NCBI GenBank assembly: GCA_964583985.1 | Contig: CAZOYD010000037.1 | Location: 1 to 35,212, forward strand | Origin: an uncultured archaeon | Lineage (GTDB): Archaea > Asgardarchaeota > Lokiarchaeia > Sigyniarchaeales > SOKP01 | Direction of reading: 5' to 3' | DNA: 35,212 bases | Shown: one piece after another, positions 17,979 through 28,780 of the stretch | Position numbering within the stretch: the first letter of the stretch is position 1 | Layout of the letters: every line of letters begins with the position of its first letter | Made by a program: the position numbers and the translations under genes | The notes under the pieces: generated by a model | Databases searched by the model: none | What the model saw: only the letters and a program-made list of their open reading frames with translations | Told to the model about the DNA's origin: nothing

Positions 17979-19817
17979 CTACAAGTTATCTAATCCCAAC
18001 AATTTAAGCTTAGCTTTACTGGGTTTTCCAGTTTTTTTCTCCCAATCGCGATATTTATAAAAATATTCTTTTAATTTACCAAAATCAGGACTTCTTCCTG
18101 CAGAACCTCCAATAGAAAAAGATCTGGTTAAAATTTCAGGTAATCGATCATCTTTTGGGGTTAAACCCATTTTAATATTAAAAAGTCGTTTCATGGTTAA
18201 AATTCTTTCCCCAAATAACTTAACTTCCTCAATATCGAATTTGATTCCTATAGCATGTTTTAGCAGCTCAGCATTATGAGACGGTAAAGGGTTGCAAAAA
18301 GAACACATAATCATTGAACTATATAACGCTCGATAATCCATATCAAGGCTACAATATTTAGCCATATCCTCCCCATCATTATATTTATCAACAAGATCCA
18401 TACCTATCTCTTCTAGAGCAACACCTAATAGGGTATAATATGGATCACATGCATTATGAGACGGTCCTCTATATGCACCTCCCATTCCATAAGCTATTGC
18501 CATGCCATAATTTGAGCGAAGATCATGATAGGTGACTTCTAGACCTACAACAGTTGCTATTTCTTCTCTTGAGATCTTAAACTTATCAGCAAGTGCATTT
18601 GAACCATCAGCAAGGATATTTCCAATTCCTTTCCTGTAAACAATTTTTTCTAAAATCTCTTCTACAAAAGAAATGTCTCCCCATTTTGGTGCCATCCCAT
18701 CAATATCATCTGCATCAATATATCCCTTCTCATAATGGTGAATTAAACACGCAATTGACCCTCCACAACTTATAGTATCTATTCCATAGTCAAAACATTT
18801 GGTGTTTAAATGAGTAATTGCTTCAAGATTGTCATTTAAAATTAAACTACCAAAACTCACGATTGTTTCGTATTCAGGTCCTTCGACTTCTTCTGTTTGA
18901 TACTTGCCGTCCTTTATTTTGACCCTTCGACCACAACCAATAACACATGAATGACAGAATCTTCTATTAACTAAGATAGTTTCTGCCATGGTAGCACCCG
19001 AAATTTTATAAGCTTGCTCCCATTGGGGTTTGGAAAAATACTTAATGCATAATTCTCCCGTTGCGTTATACATATCTAGTGCTCCAGAAGTTCCTAACTC
19101 GCCTAAAACTTGGGTTCCAAAAGAAGCTTTGACGTAATTTCTCGCGTTATCTATTGCCTTCCTTAATTTTTCTTTATCATGGACATCGAGATTGGTATTA
19201 CTACCTTTTACAATTATAGCTTTTAATTTTTTTGAGCCTAAAATTGCACCCATTCCAGTCCTACCTGCCGCTCTCTCTTCCGATACGATGTTAGCATACT
19301 TTACTAAATTTTCTCCAGCTGGTCCTATGCAAGCTACCATCGATTTTTGATCATCAAATAGTTCTTTTAATATTTTAGTAGTAGCTATTGCGCCCTTTCC
19401 CCATAAAAAGCTAGCGTTTTTTAATTCAACTTGATCATCCTTTATTTCTAAATAAACAGGGGTTTTTGAAGCTCCTTTAATTACAATACCATCATACCCT
19501 GCTTTTTTCACTTCAGCTCCAAACCAGCTTCCACAATTTGACTCTCCCCATATACCCGTGTAGGGAGATTTTGAGCAAACAACCCACCTTCCCGTATTAG
19601 GTGCGAAAGTCCCATTTAATGGACCAGTCATTATCATTACTATATTATCAGGGGAAAGTGCATCTGTCTCCTTACTTATTCGTTCATACAAGTAGCGACA
19701 TGCATATCCCGCCCCTCCCAAAAAGTCTTTAGCAATTGTTTCATCCAATTTTTCTGTGGAAATTACGTGATTCGACAGGTCCACGTGGAGCAATTTTCCT
19801 CGAAATGCCTTTAACAT
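17979..19817 (-). CDS. aor: Tungsten-dependent aldehyde:ferredoxin oxidoreductase family protein
   Basis: KSPYTG, ESNCG, IGPAGENLV, GRTGMGA.LGSK.LKAI, CHSCVIGC, GPEYET, DDRLP. Confidence 0.9.
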   Translation of the reverse strand: MLKAFRGKLLHVDLSNHVISTEKLDETIAKDFLGGAGYACRYLYERISKETDALSPDNIVMIMTGPLNGTFAPNTGRWVVCSKSPYTGIWGESNCGSWFGAEVKKAGYDGIVIKGASKTPVYLEIKDDQVELKNASFLWGKGAIATTKILKELFDDQKSMVACIGPAGENLVKYANIVSEERAAGRTGMGAILGSKKLKAIIVKGSNTNLDVHDKEKLRKAIDNARNYVKASFGTQVLGELGTSGALDMYNATGELCIKYFSKPQWEQAYKISGATMAETILVNRRFCHSCVIGCGRRVKIKDGKYQTEEVEGPEYETIVSFGSLILNDNLEAITHLNTKCFDYGIDTISCGGSIACLIHHYEKGYIDADDIDGMAPKWGDISFVEEILEKIVYRKGIGNILADGSNALADKFKISREEIATVVGLEVTYHDLRSNYGMAIAYGMGGAYRGPSHNACDPYYTLLGVALEEIGMDLVDKYNDGEDMAKYCSLDMDYRALYSSMIMCSFCNPLPSHNAELLKHAIGIKFDIEEVKLFGERILTMKRLFNIKMGLTPKDDRLPEILTRSFSIGGSAGRSPDFGKLKEYFYKYRDWEKKTGKPSKAKLKLLGLDNL

Positions 19818-19974
19818 AGTTCAACCAAGTATTAATTTTATATGATTATTGGTTGTAAAAATTCACTTTTCATATAATATTCTTACCTTTTAATTCTATT
19901 AGTGAAACCTATTTTTTCTAATTTTTTTATTAATCAAAATAATTTTTATAATCAATTGATATTTTTTTATAATT

Positions 19975-20475
19975 ATGACTTCACTTTCAGATTTAAAATG
20001 GGATGATGTTGTATCACCCACCATGAGTCCAGATGATTATTTAGAACAATTTGGAGAAAAAGGGGAATATTATTGCAAGACTTATGACCCAAAAACTGAG
20101 GTTTTGGAAAAAATCGAGAATTTCCTTAAGCTAAATAAAGAAAAGCTTAAGATTGTGGCTTTAGGAGCCGATTGGTGCCCAGATTGCATTAAAAATGTTC
20201 CAAGAATGATTAAAATAATAAAAATAATGAAAAATAAACATATCGAATTCCGAATTTTGTATGGAATAATGGTCAATGCGCTCCATAAGCCAGGAGAAAT
20301 CATTTGGCATAAAAAACACTCTCCACCCGAAGCCATTGATCCACGATTTGAATTGAAAGCCATTCCAACATTCTATTTTTTCAATAAACATAAAGAATTG
20401 ATCGGTATTATAAAGGAACATCCAAAAGAAACTATTGAAGAGGACATGCTCGAAATTTTAGAAAAAAGTCTCTGA
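19975..20475 (+). CDS. Thioredoxin-family protein
   Basis: ADWCPDC active site and IPTF cis-Pro motif. Confidence 0.85.
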   Translation: MTSLSDLKWDDVVSPTMSPDDYLEQFGEKGEYYCKTYDPKTEVLEKIENFLKLNKEKLKIVALGADWCPDCIKNVPRMIKIIKIMKNKHIEFRILYGIMVNALHKPGEIIWHKKHSPPEAIDPRFELKAIPTFYFFNKHKELIGIIKEHPKETIEEDMLEILEKSL

Positions 20476-20558
20476 TTGTATTTTTTATCTCTTTTTCTTA
20501 TTGTTCGCCCAAAAGCAAAGCGTCAAGATTTATATTAATAAATCTCCATAATAAATCT

Positions 20559-22610
20559 ATGTCCAAATTAAAAGTTAAAAAAGTTATCAGTTATAAACAT
20601 GGGATCTCATATTACATTCTCCAAGCATCAATTAAAGGATCTGGAAAATATGAATTAGCATTTAAAATTAGTGAAATGGATGATGTTTTAAAATCTCTTT
20701 TTGTGATTGATACTAGTGAAAAAGGATACATAAGCTCTATTTCGTATGACACGGCTCTGGAGACAAGTGAATTATTAAAATCAATCATGCTAAATATTCC
20801 CGACATGGATTCCTTTTCATCATTGATAACTCAAATTAAAGGAGCGCCTGTTAGCTTGCTAATAGGGGGAGGAAAAAGTGTTAAAGGCATAATAATGGGA
20901 ATAGAAACGAGTGAGAAAGTTGTTAAAGAATTAATATCTACTGAGAAAATATTGATCTTGCTTCAAGATGACGATACAATCTCTAAAATCCCCTTTTCTG
21001 ATATTAAATCATTCGAAATTCTGAATGATGATATAAAGAAAGATCTAAAATTCTTCTTAGATACCGTTATCGCTGGAAAAAAGAAGGATGCAAAAAATAT
21101 ACTAATTAACTGTGAATCGGGAGGAGATGATGCGATTGAACGTGAAATTTTCGTTAGCTACATCTTAGAAAGCCCTATTTGGAAGACCTCATACAGATTA
21201 ATAATAAGCAAGGCGTTGGAACAAAAACAACAATGCTTACTTTCAGGATGGTGCATGGTGGAAAATACCACTAATCAGGATTGGGAAAATATAGAATTAA
21301 CTTTAGTAGCTGGAATGCCCGTATCGTTCCGGTATGATTTTTATAAACCCATCTTCATACAACGTCCTATCATTAAGCCTCCAACAGTTTTAAGTGCTAA
21401 ACCAACCAATATTGAGGAAGGTCTAGAACTTGAAAAATTCAAGGATTATGTTATGGCAGAAGAAGCAAGACCTGCAATGAAGAGGAGTAAAGTAATGAGA
21501 GGGGCATTACCTCCGGCACCTGCTATGGCTGCAGGAGCAGCATCAGAACGATATTTGGGAGTAATAGGTGCCTCCTTGGATGATGAAACCTTAATGGAAA
21601 AGGTTAAATCTCAAACCAAAACCCAAACAAAAGATTTAGGAGAGCTATTCGAGTATAATATATCCAATCCCGTGACCATTAAAAGAAAACATTCCGCTTT
21701 AGTACCCATTCTAAGTGAAGCCATAAAAGCAAGGCGGATACTCCTATATAACATTAATGAACACGATAAGAACCCTAATGCATGCCTTGAGATTACCAAT
21801 AATACCGCGTTAACCCTTGAAAGGGGACCCGCAACCATAATTTATGATGATAATTTGGCTGGAGAGGCAATAGTCCCTTTCTTAAATAAAGATGACACGA
21901 GATTACTTAACTATGCAGTTGAACAAGCCGTTTTAATCGTCCACGAGCAAAAAACTGAAAATTTAAGCGTTCATAAGGTGAAATTCGGAAGCGGATATTC
22001 ATACGAATATTACTTCACGGATTCACAAACATTCTATAAAATCAAAAACAAAACCAGTGAAGTGAAGGAATTATACCTTGATCATCCAAAAAGATCGGGG
22101 TTTAATTTTATCGAACCACCAATCAAACCCGAAGAGACACCGAATTATTGGCGATTCAAGATCACGCTTAAACCGAAGGATGCCATCGTGTTCACGCTCA
22201 AGGAACGTAGTGAAAATTATACATCCAACTATTTATGGAATTGGTCGAAGGAAAAAATCTTGGAACGGGTCGGATTCTATATTCAGCATAAATTCATTGA
22301 TAATAAGCTTGAAATTCAATTAAAAGAAATCGCAGACCTCATCCAAAAATCAAATGACCTCAAAACTCGCAGGGATAAATTATATAATGAACGAGATACC
22401 ATGAATGATGAACAAGCCAGATTAAGGGAAAATATAGCAGTGTTAGGACAGGATACTCAATCAGTCTCTTTAAAAGAACGGTACGTGAAAAAACTCAGCG
22501 ATCAAGAAAATCGATTCGAATCAATATCTGGAGATCTCAATAAACTTGATAAGGAAATTACTACTTTAAATAAAGATATTGAGGAAAGAATAAACAATTT
22601 ACAAATTTGA
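20559..22610 (+). CDS. DUF4139-type protein with C-terminal coiled coil
   Basis: YKHG.SY, MDDVLKSL, PIWKTSYRL, VENTTNQDW.NIELTLVAG.P motifs; heptad-rich tail. Confidence 0.75.
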   Translation: MSKLKVKKVISYKHGISYYILQASIKGSGKYELAFKISEMDDVLKSLFVIDTSEKGYISSISYDTALETSELLKSIMLNIPDMDSFSSLITQIKGAPVSLLIGGGKSVKGIIMGIETSEKVVKELISTEKILILLQDDDTISKIPFSDIKSFEILNDDIKKDLKFFLDTVIAGKKKDAKNILINCESGGDDAIEREIFVSYILESPIWKTSYRLIISKALEQKQQCLLSGWCMVENTTNQDWENIELTLVAGMPVSFRYDFYKPIFIQRPIIKPPTVLSAKPTNIEEGLELEKFKDYVMAEEARPAMKRSKVMRGALPPAPAMAAGAASERYLGVIGASLDDETLMEKVKSQTKTQTKDLGELFEYNISNPVTIKRKHSALVPILSEAIKARRILLYNINEHDKNPNACLEITNNTALTLERGPATIIYDDNLAGEAIVPFLNKDDTRLLNYAVEQAVLIVHEQKTENLSVHKVKFGSGYSYEYYFTDSQTFYKIKNKTSEVKELYLDHPKRSGFNFIEPPIKPEETPNYWRFKITLKPKDAIVFTLKERSENYTSNYLWNWSKEKILERVGFYIQHKFIDNKLEIQLKEIADLIQKSNDLKTRRDKLYNERDTMNDEQARLRENIAVLGQDTQSVSLKERYVKKLSDQENRFESISGDLNKLDKEITTLNKDIEERINNLQI

Positions 22611-22754
22611 TTTTTTTTTGGTTTTATTATTATATATTTATTATGAAGGTTAAGTAAAATTCTTAAAGCCCAATTTCATGTTATACATAAGCCCAATAAA
22701 TATGAAAATTGTATTACGAATTACCAATTTACATGTTTTTGAATGGTGAAAATC

Positions 22755-22964
22755 ATGAGCATTGATGAATTAGAAGAACAAGTTGAAAAACTATTAGATG
22801 AAAGAGATAAGTTAGAGGAAACTTGCGATACATTACCCCAATGTCAAGAAGACGATGGATGTGATACTTGCAAGATTTATAACAAAATTGCGGAAATCGA
22901 TGACAAAATAGAGGCCTTGGAAGATAAAATCGAGAGCTTAATGGGAGACGAAGAAGAAGAATAA
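22755..22964 (+). CDS. Small acidic coiled-coil protein with a four-Cys centre
   Basis: CDTLPQCQEDDGCDTC between two heptad helices; GGTGA SD 5 nt before ATG 22755. Confidence 0.7.
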   Translation: MSIDELEEQVEKLLDERDKLEETCDTLPQCQEDDGCDTCKIYNKIAEIDDKIEALEDKIESLMGDEEEE

Positions 22965-23266
22965 ACTTGTAGAATTGTATTTTTTTTTATTTATATCTTT
23001 ATTTCTTAATTTTTTACGAGAGTTCAAATATTAACTCTTAGATCTACTAGCGATAATTTCATTTAAGATAATTATCCCTTTCATTATAAATCTCAAAGTC
23101 ACTTCCGGAAAATACTGCTTTTCTTAGCAATCCTTCTGGTCAAAATCTCTAAATAGATACAAGTACATTAAATTCTGCAAAAAAAATTCAAATATGACTT
23201 CACATTTTCCATTTTATACGATATTTAACTTTTTAAAATACTATTAAAAAGAAGTGCGAAAAAAGA

Positions 23267-24562
23267 ATGCCTGGTAAAAAATTTGAAGTACAAGCTATAA
23301 ATGATGAGATTCTTGAAAAATTCAGCCTCAAGAATCGATATGCCTTCTTGAATAATAATCTAACAGCAGTATTATCTCAGAAAGAATTTAATTTCTTGAG
23401 AGAGGTTCAAAGATTTTGTTTACGCTTTGAAAAGAAAAACGAAATCACTCATGGACCCAATGAAGATATCTACGATTGGGTTCCTGAATTTGGAGAGAAG
23501 GGATACATAACCCGTCAGCATTCATTTGATGCGTGTGACGTTCAATATGATGAATGGGGACTTGCCGCTGATTTCATGAGAAATATTGCGCTAGACATAT
23601 TCGATCCCCAATTTGCAATGGGAGGTGGAGCAACTGTATTGGCTATAAATCCCATTTATGAACATCATGAAAACGTCCCAGTAAGATTAGAAGCCTTAAA
23701 GGACTTAGTTACTGGAAAAAGCCCCGGAGCGATCCTCATCACCGAACCAGAACGCGGTTCTGATGCCGTCCATCAACTAACAACCTGCAAGGAGCAACCA
23801 GATGGTAGTTTTCTCTTGACTGGTCAAAAAATCTTTAATACTAACGCTCCAAGAGCTAAATGGTTAGTGACTTATGCTACCGCAGAACAAAACAACGGTA
23901 ACACGATGGCACAATTTTTAGTTAATTCAAGGTGGGATGGCCTTAAAGTGGAGCGCGTGAACATACCTTGGGTCCCAAAGTTATTTTTAGGTAAAGAGAC
24001 GTTCACTGATGTACGTGTTCCGAAGGATTACATCCTCGGTCCCGTTGGAAAGGGGAGGGAACACTTATTTGAAGGATTAGTACCTGAACGAATTTCAATC
24101 GCTATAATGGGTGTTAGCGAATGCTGGGGAGCACTTGCTTACGCAGTCTTATATTCTAACCTCAGAAAGCAGTTTGATCAAGAAATCCTCAAGTTTCAGG
24201 GCGTTGGCTTCTTGCTATCGGATCTATGGGCAAGAACTACCAATTTAACGCTCGGACTCCTCAAATTCTGCGAATCTTATGATGAGAAATATGAAAAATT
24301 TGGTGGAGAGATTCCCAATAATATATCTCAAGCTATGGTTGCCTCTGCAAGTCAATTAAAATATCACGCCGCTAAAATGTCTAAGAAGGTATGTTATGAA
24401 TGTGCGAACCTCATGGGAGGGGCAGGTCTGTGCGACAACACCTTGATGCATGATTATCTTAATATTTCTCGAATCCAAGAAATTGTTGGCGGATCAAGAC
24501 AAATACAACAGTATATCATGTCCCTTTCTCTTAGAACACTTTTCAAGATGTCTGTAAACTAA
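23267..24562 (+). CDS. Acyl-CoA dehydrogenase (paralog 1)
   Basis: ITEPERGSD, GQKIFNTNA, RKQFDQEI.KFQGV, MGGAG, EIVGGSRQIQ. Confidence 0.9.
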   Translation: MPGKKFEVQAINDEILEKFSLKNRYAFLNNNLTAVLSQKEFNFLREVQRFCLRFEKKNEITHGPNEDIYDWVPEFGEKGYITRQHSFDACDVQYDEWGLAADFMRNIALDIFDPQFAMGGGATVLAINPIYEHHENVPVRLEALKDLVTGKSPGAILITEPERGSDAVHQLTTCKEQPDGSFLLTGQKIFNTNAPRAKWLVTYATAEQNNGNTMAQFLVNSRWDGLKVERVNIPWVPKLFLGKETFTDVRVPKDYILGPVGKGREHLFEGLVPERISIAIMGVSECWGALAYAVLYSNLRKQFDQEILKFQGVGFLLSDLWARTTNLTLGLLKFCESYDEKYEKFGGEIPNNISQAMVASASQLKYHAAKMSKKVCYECANLMGGAGLCDNTLMHDYLNISRIQEIVGGSRQIQQYIMSLSLRTLFKMSVN

Positions 24563-24861
24563 TTTATGATAAATTATTTCAAGATTTTTTTTTCTTTATC
24601 TTTATTTTTAACATGATTATTGCTAAAAACAACATCTTTTTTTTTAAGAATTTGCAAGTTGATGGGAAGATAAAAAATCCACTTATTTTTCAAAAAATCA
24701 TTTACTAAGTGATTAAAAGAAATACATGAAATATCATATTACTTGCATGCAATTGATCCAAATTCATTAATAAACCATAACAAAATTAAAAAGTCTAACA
24801 ATCTTTTTCCAAATATACCAATTAGTATAAAAACACACTAAATTAAATTAGGGATAAGATA

Positions 24862-26163
24862 ATGGAAGAAAAAAAGACTAAATTTATGGACCAAGCAATT
24901 AACGATGAAATCCTCGAAAAATTGAGCTTGAAGAATCGATATGCCTTTCTCAATACCAACTTGATGACGGTACTTGAACCTAAACATTTTAATTTTTTAA
25001 AATCGGCTGAAAAATTTTGTACTCGATTTGAGAAGAAAAATAACGTGACTCACGCCTCAGATGAAGAATTTTATCATTGGATACCCGATTTTGGCAAAGA
25101 AGGTTTGATCTCTCGGGCACATGCCTATGAAGAAATCGACTTGAATTTCGAGGATCACGGACTCGCCATTGAGTTGATGAGATGTTTGGCTCTAAGCTTT
25201 TTTGACCCCCAATTTGGAATGGCCGGAGGAGCTACCATCCTCGCAATTAATCCTGTCTTTTATCATCACGAAAACGTTCCAATAAGATTGGAAATATTGA
25301 AAAAATTCGTCACGGGAGAAACACCCGGAGCGATTCTCATCACCGAACCGGAACGCGGGTCAGATGCAGTTCATCAATTAACTACGCTTGAACCACAAAC
25401 CGATGGAAGTTATATCATCAACGGTGAAAAAATTTATAACACGAACGCTCCCAAAGCAGGATACGTGGTTGCGTATGCCACTGCTGAAAAAAATAACGGA
25501 AATATGATGGCACAAGTTTTAATCGATACTAAATGGGATGGCTGGCATTGCGATAGAGTCTTCATACCTTGGGTCCCGAAAGTGCACATAGGTCATGAAC
25601 ACCTTACGAATCTAAGGGTTCCTAAAGAATACATTTTAGGACCAATAGGCAAGGGTCGAGAACACATGTTTGAGGGATTGGTACCAGAACGAATTGGCAT
25701 AGCTCTTGATGCTCTTTCTCAATCATGGAATGCACTTGCTCACTGTTCAATATATTCTAACTTGAGAAAGCAATTTGACCAAGAAATCTTGAAATTCCAA
25801 GGGGTTGGATTTACCTTAACCGATATGTGGGCTAGAGTTATGAATGTTACGCAAGGACTTTTAAGATTCTGTGAAAAATATGATCTAACAGAAGAGAAAT
25901 ACGGCGGAGAAATACCAAAAAATATCGGTCAGGCAATGGTTGCCGCAGCATCTCAATTTAAGTATCATACCACGGCACTTTCTAAAGAAGTGTGCTACGA
26001 GTGTGCGAACTTAATGGGTGGAGCTGGATTGTCAGATAATACATTAATGCATGACCTAGTAAATATCTCACGCATCCAAGAGATTGTAGGTGGAAGCAGA
26101 CAAATTCAATTATATATATTATCAATGGCAATGCGTACGCTTTATAAAATGAGCGGAATATAG
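24862..26163 (+). CDS. Acyl-CoA dehydrogenase (paralog 2)
   Basis: Same ACAD motifs as paralog 1. Confidence 0.9.
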   Translation: MEEKKTKFMDQAINDEILEKLSLKNRYAFLNTNLMTVLEPKHFNFLKSAEKFCTRFEKKNNVTHASDEEFYHWIPDFGKEGLISRAHAYEEIDLNFEDHGLAIELMRCLALSFFDPQFGMAGGATILAINPVFYHHENVPIRLEILKKFVTGETPGAILITEPERGSDAVHQLTTLEPQTDGSYIINGEKIYNTNAPKAGYVVAYATAEKNNGNMMAQVLIDTKWDGWHCDRVFIPWVPKVHIGHEHLTNLRVPKEYILGPIGKGREHMFEGLVPERIGIALDALSQSWNALAHCSIYSNLRKQFDQEILKFQGVGFTLTDMWARVMNVTQGLLRFCEKYDLTEEKYGGEIPKNIGQAMVAAASQFKYHTTALSKEVCYECANLMGGAGLSDNTLMHDLVNISRIQEIVGGSRQIQLYILSMAMRTLYKMSGI

Positions 26164-26420
26164 AAATTGGGCATCTAGAGCAGTTTTTTTATTTTTTTAT
26201 TTACTTTTTAGCATAATATTGATATAAAGAAAAAATTCGAATTTTTTTTTGAATTTAGAAAAGGAATAAAGAAAGTTAAATTGATAATAGATTCAATCCC
26301 GATATTTACTTTATATTTAAATTCTTAAAAATGTATGCATTTTGACGAAAAATTAAGATATTAAGAAGTTTAAATCTTTCCTCAAAAAAAATAAAAAATA
26401 AAAAGATATTAAAGTTATAT

Positions 26421-27725
26421 TTAAATTCCCGTCATCTTGTAAAGTTGTCTCATGGCCATAGAAAGGATATAGGTTTGAATCTGGCGACTGCCACCAACTA
26501 TTTCAGCAATTCTGGACATGTTTAATAAGTCTTGCATCAAGGTGTTGTCGCACAGACCTGCCCCTCCCATGAGGTTCGCACATTCATACCCAATTTCAGA
26601 AGCGAGTTTAGCGCAATGATACTTGAATTGACTTGCAGAGGCTACCATTGCCTGAGAAATGTTTTGAGGAAGTGTACCTCCAAATTTTTCAACTTTCTCG
26701 TCATAGCTCTTGCAAAACATCAGTAATCCAAGCGAAACATTCGTTAATCTAGCCCAGAGATCGGTTAACAGGAAGCCAACGCCCTGAAACTTGAGGATCT
26801 CTTGGTTAAATTGTTTCCTGTTATTCACGTATATCGAGGCATGTGAAACCGCGTTCCAACTTGAGGATAGGCAATCGATTGCGATACCTATTCTCTCTGG
26901 AACCAATCCCTCAAACAAGTGCTCACGACCCTTGCCTACTCCTCCAAGAACGTACTCTTTTGGAACTTTAAGATTGACGAATTTCTCTTTGCCTAACCAA
27001 ACCTTGGGGACGTAAGGTATGAAGACTCTATCGCAATGCCAACCTTCCCATGTCGTATCTATGAGAAATTGAGCCATCGTATTTCCATTATTTTGTTCCG
27101 CGGTGGCATACGCAACCACGTATCTTGCTTTAGGTGCGTTGGTATTAAAAATCTTGTCTCCATTTAGTATAAAGCTTCCATCAGGTTGTTCCTTACAAGT
27201 TGTTAGCATGTGAACCGCATCTGATCCTCGTTCCGGTTCGGTGATGAGAATCGCTCCGGGTGTTTCTCCCATGACGAATTTCTTCATGACTTCTAATCTG
27301 ATGGGAACGTTTTCGTGGTGCTCATGAAGTGGATTGACCGCTAATACAGTTGCACCCCCTGCTAAACTAAATTGGGGGTCAAAGAAATTTACTGCCAAGT
27401 TTCTCATGAATTCAATGGTTGCGCCATATTCAGGATAATTGATGTCAATCATTTCAAAGGGATGAGCTCGGGTTAAATAGCCCTCTGCTCCAAAGGCTGG
27501 GATCCATTTATAGACATCTTCATCTGGACCGTGAGTAATGTTATTTTTCTTCTCAAATCGAGTACAAAATTTTTGAACCGATTTTAAAAAATTAAAATGT
27601 TTAGGTTCAAGTACCGTCATCAAGTTGGTATTGAGAAACGCATAGCGATTTTTGAGGCTTAATTTTTCAAGAATCTCATCGTTAATTGCCTGAGTTATAT
27701 ATCTTGTTTTTTTTTCTTCTTCCAT
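26421..27725 (-). CDS. Acyl-CoA dehydrogenase (paralog 3)
   Basis: Same ACAD motifs; the MEEEKKT start matches the paralog 2 N-terminus (track start 27734 is in frame). Confidence 0.9.
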   Translation of the reverse strand: MEEEKKTRYITQAINDEILEKLSLKNRYAFLNTNLMTVLEPKHFNFLKSVQKFCTRFEKKNNITHGPDEDVYKWIPAFGAEGYLTRAHPFEMIDINYPEYGATIEFMRNLAVNFFDPQFSLAGGATVLAVNPLHEHHENVPIRLEVMKKFVMGETPGAILITEPERGSDAVHMLTTCKEQPDGSFILNGDKIFNTNAPKARYVVAYATAEQNNGNTMAQFLIDTTWEGWHCDRVFIPYVPKVWLGKEKFVNLKVPKEYVLGGVGKGREHLFEGLVPERIGIAIDCLSSSWNAVSHASIYVNNRKQFNQEILKFQGVGFLLTDLWARLTNVSLGLLMFCKSYDEKVEKFGGTLPQNISQAMVASASQFKYHCAKLASEIGYECANLMGGAGLCDNTLMQDLLNMSRIAEIVGGSRQIQTYILSMAMRQLYKMTGI

Positions 27726-27866
27726 ATTTACCACTCAAATTTGTTTTAATTTCCATAAAAGATATGAGAAATAGTATTAATAATATTAAAGAGAGTATGA
27801 ATTATCTTTTTAATTTTATCATAACTCGTGTTTTTGAAAAAAACTTTCTCTTAATTCAGCACCATT

Positions 27867-28613
27867 TTAAGTGATTAATTTTCTCAAACGCGCGGAAAAT
27901 TTTTTTGAAATTATCATCACAGTTTCAAATGGGCTTTTTTTCTTGAATTGAATGACGGAAATGAAATTATCAATGCCAACAAGTGCAAGTATGCCATATT
28001 CTTCGAGAGAGATCAATTCATGGATTTGGGAATTCCCTATTATGAATCTGCTTTCTAAAAGTCGTATGATTTCCGAGAGCACGTTTGAACTCAAGTAAGA
28101 TATGATTACTCTTCCTGTTTGAGTTAATAAAGCGGAAGATATGACAAAGGAAGAAAATGTATGTAATTCTTCGAATACATCTATGAGTTCTTTTTGAATT
28201 TCTTCGGATACCAGTTTTTTGTTTTTTTCCATTATTTCATCGATATCATGCTTGAATTCTTGATAAATAGAGATGTCTCCATTAAAATTTTCTGTGAGGA
28301 GATTGAGATCAAATTTATCTAGAAATTGGCTTTTAATTTCTCTTAATTGATTTCTCAATTCTACTAAGTTATCAGTTCTATCACTAAATAATGCAAACAT
28401 CAACTCGCTGGAATTAGCTTTTTCAATTTCAAAAATGAACCGGAAAGGTCCCACTTCGATTTCAGAAAGTTCCTTTGTTTTCAAAGTTGCCTTTACAAAA
28501 GAGAATATGGCACTTAGAAAGCTACTAGTCAGCTTGATGTTAAATATATCTTCATAAGTCTTGTAGAAAATCAATTCTCCAGAAGATTTCATTATAAAGA
28601 TATTTTTGATCAT
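27867..28613 (-). CDS. Longin-like + roadblock-like two-domain protein
   Basis: N-terminal MIKNIFIMKSSGELIF...SSFLSAIFSF...F.GD (longin/mu-sigma-like); C-terminal SSALLTQTGRVIIS (roadblock-like). Confidence 0.65.
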   Translation of the reverse strand: MIKNIFIMKSSGELIFYKTYEDIFNIKLTSSFLSAIFSFVKATLKTKELSEIEVGPFRFIFEIEKANSSELMFALFSDRTDNLVELRNQLREIKSQFLDKFDLNLLTENFNGDISIYQEFKHDIDEIMEKNKKLVSEEIQKELIDVFEELHTFSSFVISSALLTQTGRVIISYLSSNVLSEIIRLLESRFIIGNSQIHELISLEEYGILALVGIDNFISVIQFKKKSPFETVMIISKKFSARLRKLIT

Positions 28614-28780
28614 GATTAAACTATAAAGAAAATGCTTGGTTTTTACATTCTTAATAAAAATACACTTATAAAAATCCTCTTTTAACGTAAACGCTTCTCA
28701 TTAAATCGATTTTTTGATACTGCGTGGTAGAAGTATTAAAAAGCAGGGATATGAAAGGCAAATTATATTAACCAGAAAGG

